Shown piece by piece: positions 57,249 to 64,000 of a stretch of DNA of 64,000 nt. Under the pieces are notes generated by a model. The model made no database searches and was not told the origin of the DNA. It saw nothing but the letters and a program-made list of their open reading frames with translations. The stretch comes from Eledone cirrhosa. Taxonomy: Eukaryota. Made by a program: the position numbers and the translations under genes. Each line of letters opens with the position of its first letter. The stretch's first letter is position 1. The DNA is taken from assembly GCA_964016885.1 (NCBI GenBank), contig OZ024754.1, positions 13,826,001-13,890,000 on the forward strand. The letters run 5' to 3'.

Positions 57249-58487
57249 ATATTGATAGTGTGCAGTACTTGAACCAGGAAGACCACAAATCAAATAAGTA
57301 CTCAATATATGGTAAGATGCAGCGAAAACTGCCAAACTCACAGTAGATCCTCTACTTTCACTAATATACATATATGTGTGCGTGTGTATATATATATATA
57401 TATAAACGTTTTTGTTCTATATCTATGCTGTTTCTCCATGAACTGATAGTCTGCTACACAAACACACATACACACCACATACTATCCTATTCTAGGTTTC
57501 CTCTTGTGACTAAAAATAAAAAAATAAAAAGTATTAGAATAAACAAACAGCAAATAGAATCACATTCCTAACAATTCAAACAGGTTGTATTTTATGGAAG
57601 CTCACAAAAGCAAAAAAACAATATTTTCTATGGAAGGACATAAATATATAATGTACAGTTATTAAAAGCCAGATAAATGATAATGTCTCTTCATAGCAGA
57701 CAAAGGAAGATAAATTTAGTTTGTTTTACACTTGATGAATCAAAAAATTAATGAAATGTCTTGCCTAATGGCTGTTTTATTTTTTTTATTTTTCATAATA
57801 TATGTATATCATCCAAGTGTAAAAAAAAAATAATCGTTAAATGATGATGATAATGTTGTTTATACATTATATTTGGGGAGACTCATCTTGTCCTAATATT
57901 GCCAGAAAAAATAGTAAAACACACTCACTATTTGGTTTGGTTTTTGCTTCAGTATATTTTTATATTTCTATAAATAATTTATCTGGCAATCAATGTTTGA
58001 TTGACCAATAGTTAAAAATATAAATATAAATATAGTGTGTTAGTGTATGGTTGTTGTTTGTTATTCCAATCATGTTTTCTGTTCAGCCTAGGTTTTCTTA
58101 ATTCTATTTCTGTAGCTTCCCTAATTTGAAAAATTGTCGAGTCATTCCTATGTTTAGATATTATTTTAATTTCTATGTTGTCTATTTTACCATCATGTCT
58201 CTAGTCTGGTGTGTTCATATAGTACTGAATTGTCTTTTTGTCCTTTGTAGTTCACTCCAGTGTTCATCAATCCTCTCTCCTATGATACCGGCTGCCTCTC
58301 CTACATTATGTTTCACTCCACAAAAAAAAAATCTTTATTGGATGGCCATTGAATCTCCTGAGTTCCTCCACTCTTTGACGGGTTTTGTTTTTCATCCCGC
58401 TGGGTTCCGATAACCCAACTATTCACAGGTTATGCTGGGTTACATGTTACCAGTAGCGCTGAAGAGCGACCTGATATATATATATGT

Positions 58488-58879
58488 ATCATCATCATCA
58501 TCATCATCATCATCATTTTACGTCCGCTTTTCCCTGCTTGCAAGAGTGGGACGGGAACTGATTCTGGCTTGATTTCTACAGCTGGATGCCCTTCCTAACA
58601 CCAACCTCATTTACAGTGAGTGCTGGGTGCTTTTTTTCCGTCACGCTTACACGTCCCCTTTACAGTGTCGGCTGGGTACTTTTTTGCCATGGCACCTCCA
58701 CAACCACTTTGCAGTGGAATGGTAGGAACCCCAGTCCCTATCATCTCATTTCTACAGCTGAGTAAACTGGAGCAATGTGAAATAAAGTGTCTTGCTCAAG
58801 GAAACAACACATCACCCAGTCTGAGAATTGAACTCACAACCTTTCGTTTGCAAGGCCAATGCTCTAACCACTAAGCCAT
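58488..58879 (-). mobile_element. Family A SINE
   Basis: Reverse complement of family A consensus with (CAT)n. Confidence 0.85.
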
Positions 58880-60189
58880 ATATATATATATATATATATA
58901 AGCAAAAGAATATCTGCCTCCGATGAGTCCCCCTGGGTGAAACACATCTAACAGTTATATAAAGATATGTTTTAACGGCTTGTAACCCTTTCATTCACTC
59001 ATCCTTTTACTTATTACAGCTCTGCTTAACCTTTACACTAAATATTAACTTTCTCTAATATTTAACCCTGTTAACGCAAGCATTGAGCACTTACGCACCC
59101 GCCTTTGGCATGTAATATTCTGTATCGCACCTCTCTATATGTCTTCTTTCTATCCTCTTTTACGATACTGTAACCTATATATATTACCACAACATCCAGT
59201 CCAAATAAATGAGATCAAGATCTTGTAGATGTCACGACAAAAAAAAAACAGTCCACGCTGTAATGTGGCCATGTAGGGAACACGGTAAAAAGTTCCCAGT
59301 TCCACACTGTAAATGTGGTTGGTGTTAGGAATCGCATCCAGCCGTAGAAAACCTGCCAGATAGTCCTATATGAGCGAGACACGGTCACCCGACCAACCTT
59401 GCCTCAAGTGGGACAACTCCCGTCTAACCCATACTAATGTGGAAGATGGGACGTTAAACGAAGATGATGATGATGATGATATATATATATATATATTTTA
59501 TGAACTAATTGTATGAATAATCTCATCTGACTAAAGTAATGAAAATAACAGATACTGACAAACTAACAGATTTCTTACCTTACATTCATAGAGATACATA
59601 AGTTAGGTGAGTAGAGAAGAGAGTGGAATGTAGACTAGACTACCTGTTTTACATAATTACAGGTGTGTGAAGGATGTACATTGACTCTATTGACAGCAAA
59701 AATCTTTTCATAAAGACTAACAGAAATTAGGTCAGGTCATGTCATATATTTGTTTAGCTTGCTGTTTTTGTTGGTGGTAAAACTACTGATGCTGTAGTCT
59801 TTGTTATGGTGGTGTGGCTTATTGGTGGTGGTGGTGGTGGTGGTGGTGGTAATAATATTGATGCTGTGGTCTTCATGATGGTGTTATGGTTTAGACCTAA
59901 GTCAACCTTTGATGGGCTCAAACTGTAACAACCCAGCCAACCCATTCCAGCATGAAACATAGACATATGATGATGATGATGATGATAATACTACTAGAAG
60001 CCTATCAATGAAAAAATACTGCCATTAGACAAACAGAAACATATAAAAAAATAATGGTTTCTAATTTAGGTACAAGGACAGCAATTTCAGGGAAGGAAAA
60101 GTTATATGTGTAACAATGTGTAACACATGCTAGTGTGGAAAAATGGATGTTAAACAGTGATGATCACATCTATCTATCTATATATATTA

Positions 60190-60395
60190 TATATAACGAA
60201 GGAAATGTGGTAAGGAACCAGGTGGACCATAACGCACCAAAGTACTCAATACTTAGGGTAGTAGAGTGGGTAATAGGAACAAGTAAGACCCCGACGGCTG
60301 AGCTCAAGCCATTTCGACGGCTAATTCTGTACAGAATTAGCCGTCGAAACGGCTTGAGCTCAGCCGTCGGGGTCCTACTCGTTCCTATATTATAT
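60190..60395. repeat. Fold-back element with ~60-bp palindrome arms centred at 60330
   Basis: gaccccgacggctgagctcaagcc..ctgtacag..ggcttgagctcagccgtcggggtc; same family as 15066-15338. Confidence 0.85.
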
Positions 60396-60598
60396 ATATA
60401 TATATATACACACATATACATTCACACTGAATCATCTACACTATATATATATATATATATATATGGCAAGTATGGCAGCAAATATTGACCAGAATTTATG
60501 ATGACATAGAAAAACAACAGCCAATAGCAAGACAAGAGAGGAAGATGTTTTTTTTAAGATAACACCCCAGTGAGAAAATTTGTTCCGAAAGTATTGCC

Positions 60599-60688
60599 TG
60601 TGTCCGAAGAACCTGCAGATCTAGAATCAGACAGATCCATACAGTGATCGTGTCTCAAGCTATCTGCCGGCGAAACAATTGTAACACA
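60599..60688 (+). ncRNA. Degenerate hammerhead ribozyme motif followed by AATAAA and (TA)n
   Basis: TGTGT-CCGAAGA-[gcagat..atctgc long stem II]-GAA-ACAATTGT-A-ACACA; core U4 changed to C. Confidence 0.55.
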
Positions 60689-60727
60689 CAATAAACTGAG
60701 TCCAGATGCATCACTGATTTTTCGTTT

Positions 60728-60776
<49 letters not shown>

Positions 60777-61449
60777 AAGTAAAAACCTACTACAGTCAGT
60801 AGGCATCTCTATCAAAACACACCCCCGTCCCACCACCTCCACCCCATCCACACCGCCCCTTTCAATGTAAAGTTATGTTGGTCCCACAACATCCAGGCCG
60901 AAACAAATGAGATCGTGTAGGTGTCACGACAAAAAAAAACACAGTCCACGCTGTAAATGTGGCCGTGTAGGCAACACGGTAAAAACCTCCCAGCCCCACA
61001 CTGTAAATGTGGTTGGTGTTAGGAAGGGCATCCAGCTGTAGAAAACCTGCCAGACAGTCCTATGCAAGCAAGACAACCACTCTTGCCTCAAGTGGGAAAA
61101 CCCCCGTCCAAACCCATGCAAGCGTGGAACACGGACGCTAAACCTGATGATGATGATGATATATACATATATATATAAAGCACCCAGTCCACATTGTAAA
61201 GTGGTCATGCAGGAGACACGGTAAAAAAGCTCCCAGTCCACACTATGTGGTTGGCGTAAAGAAGGGAATCCAGCCCTAGAAAACCAGCTAGAAACGGTTC
61301 TATGCGAGCGAGACACAGTCAGCTGACCAATCTTGCCTCAAGTGGGACAAACCCATCTAACCCAGGCTAGCATGGAAGATAGACAAACGATGGTGATGAT
61401 TTTATATATATATATATTTACACACACTGAGAATCACCTATACTATATA

Positions 61450-62119
61450 TCTAAACTATAATAAAGTAAGGAGCGCAGGACTGCATATGGTTTATAATTT
61501 TTTATCCCATTAGTAAAATAAGTTGGATTACTTTGAATAAATAATTGTTTCTAATTTAGGCACAAGGCCAGCAAATACCCAGTGCATTACTGGTACTTCA
61601 TTTTATCGACCCCGTGGATGAAAGGCAAAGTCAACCTCGGCGGGATTTGAACTCAGATCGTAAAGGGACGTAACTATGCTGGAAAGCATTGCGTCCGACC
61701 CTCTACCAATACTGCCAATCCACTTTGAATAAATAATGAATGAATATTACATAATTTATCTACTAAATTTCGTGGCTGTTGATTAAATATATTTTGTTTA
61801 TTTAAAGATTCACTTCTTTAAAATTTCTGAAATGTCAACACTTCCGGTTGGCCATCGCTTAAATAAACATACTAATTTTCTGTCACTAATTTTCTCCTAA
61901 TGCAGTTTATATCATCTTTTTTTAATGTATCATGGATTACGTTACTAATTACATAAGACGGTGTAACACAGTCTTCGTTCAATTTCTATGTATTATATAT
62001 TGTCAATTACGATTTTATTTGATGTATCATATCTACATGTATATATACCTGCGTATAATATCAATATACACACTACACATGCTAGCAGAAAACCACCCGA
62101 GGGGTGGTTTTTCTGCTAG
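61450..62119 (+). mobile_element. Non-autonomous Helitron (family H1) with nested SINE
   Basis: A|TCTAAACTATAATAAAG 5' end; ctagcagaaaaccacc..ggtggtttttctgCTAG|T 3' end. Confidence 0.78.
61546..61721 (-). mobile_element. Family B SINE with 16-bp TSD
   Basis: actttgaataaataat at 61530 and 61722; the Helitron paralog near 21118-21133 has a single copy. Confidence 0.85.
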
Positions 62120-62149
62120 TATATATAATGGTGACTGTGTTTCTCTGTG

Positions 62150-62192
<43 letters not shown>

Positions 62193-62273
62193 TATACATA
62201 TATATACATATATATATATACATATATATATATACATATATATATATACATATATATATATACATATATATAC

Positions 62274-62352
<79 letters not shown>

Positions 62353-62398
62353 AGGAAGTAATATGATGTTGCTAGAAGTGAATTACCTCCTTGTATAC

Positions 62399-62438
<40 letters not shown>

Positions 62439-62446
<8 letters not shown>

Positions 62447-63908
62447 AATAACAGGAGGCTGCATTGGTGTAATTCCTTAAAGATTTATTATACTATGAAC
62501 ATTTCAATGACCGGGTTCAGTATGAATCCGGTGACATCATCAAATAACCTGGGCTAACTTGGGATTGAATATAGTCTCTTTACCTATTTCATCAGATTTT
62601 GCCACTTTTAAACTTCACACCACGGATGTAAATAACTAATAATCGTTTAGTACATGCAATGATCTGATGGCTATGACGGCCTTCCCGCTTGCACGCCCAG
62701 CGCTTGAGTCGGTCAACCTTCCTAGAGTGCCTGGAAAAATAAATTTCCCTTTCTTTCGGTAAACGAAAATACTCGGAACAGTTGTTACACCCTTCGGCCC
62801 TGGATGGGCTGGGAATCCGTTGTGTCACCGGTTATTGACTGTCAAACAGTACTCTTAAATTTTAAGCTTAATCTTTAATCCTAACTTTAAATTCTACTCT
62901 AAAAATTTATCATGAATATCAAAAGTATATTTAACTTTTACATAAATGCCTCCTCCTTCTACTAGTTCTTTAAATAAAATCCGCCCCCTAGAGTGATAAC
63001 TAATAATTGTTTGGTACACACAATGAACAGCTGACGGTGACAACCTTCCCGCTAGCGCCCCCGGCGATTGAGTTGGTTAACCTTCCTGGAGTGATTGGAA
63101 AAATAAATTTCCCTTTCTTTCGGTAGACGAAAATACTCGGAACGGTTGACATGCCATTGGGCCCTGGGTGGGCTGGGAATCCATCGCGTCACCAGTTATT
63201 GACAGCCAAACGGTACTCTTAAATTTGGGCTTAATCTTACTTTTTTAATATTAACTTTATATTCTACCCTGAAACTTTAATATGACTATCAATAATACAT
63301 TTAACCTTTTCATAAAGAATTTGCAGAAGAAAGCATTTAACTAAATTTCCCAATTTTAAACCTAAATCTTACTTTTCTAACTTTTAATCTTATCTTAAAT
63401 TATATATTTTAATTCTAAACAAATTTTACATTTCTAATATTTAATCGTAATTTCTAACTCTACATTAAAAAACCTACTGTACACCCGGCCACTATATATA
63501 GAATTTTTATTTATTTCTTAGTACCTTTTAGCACTTCTGACTAACTTCTTATATGTAACCTGATCTCACTGCTAGCATCTGTCCATGACAGGGTAGTAGT
63601 AGTTAATATACACTATAAACGTATGACCCCCCCTGACCAGACCGATAAGACAAGATTAAATAGATTCTTCACTTGAAGGCAGCCTCCGGGACTAGCAACT
63701 GCTAATTTTTGGCCGCCTTCTCGTCTTGGGTATTTCTCTCTGCTTTTCAGCCCCTTGGATTGTGTCTATTATTATATTCCTTTGTTGGATAAATTTCGGA
63801 ATACCTGATGATGTAACCGGATTCATACTGAACCCGGTCATTGAAATGTTCATAGTATAATAAATCTTTAAGGAGTTACACCAGTCCAACCGTCTGTCAT
63901 TTTATAAT
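62439..63908. mobile_element. Element bounded by ~105-bp inverted repeats with an internal ~290-bp direct repeat (Penelope-like?)
   Basis: 62439-62544 is the reverse complement of 63805-63908; each starts with (C/T)TGATGA..hairpin..GAAATGTT and contains AATAAA; internal 62670-62960 resembles 63030-63310. Confidence 0.55.
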
Positions 63909-64000
63909 AATTAACTCCGTACTCGCACCACCACCACCAACACAAACGAAGACGGGTGCGTTGCATTACGTCGAGTGCTCTCCCTAATATTACATCAAGG

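Overview
AT-rich, repeat-saturated eukaryotic DNA. The SINE/RTE/microsatellite repertoire suggests an octopus or other cephalopod (inference). Almost all ORFs in the supplied track are artefacts of tandem repeats. I manually assembled one real gene on the minus strand: 15 coding exons from 37371 to 1493, all GT-AG and phase-compatible, 1797 nt = 598 aa. It encodes a ferric-chelate reductase 1 (FRRS1/SDR2)-type protein: signal peptide, Reeler, DOMON, cytochrome b561, C-terminal TM. Two results stand out. (1) The protein has lost exactly the His pair that binds the cytosolic b561 heme (His->Tyr, His->Cys) and the DOMON Met ligand (Met->Glu), but keeps the other His pair. (2) Several introns are filled with tandem arrays built from splice signals: 23 copies of an exon-end/GTAAGT donor, ~38 TACTAAC branch points, a triplicated acceptor, and a ~0.8 kb polypyrimidine tract. 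Many unrelated arrays share a 46-49 bp period. The rest is SINEs, RTE/CR1/Penelope-like fragments (several with hammerhead-ribozyme-like motifs and fold-back inversions), non-autonomous Helitrons, and piggyBac/Tc1-mariner MITEs.
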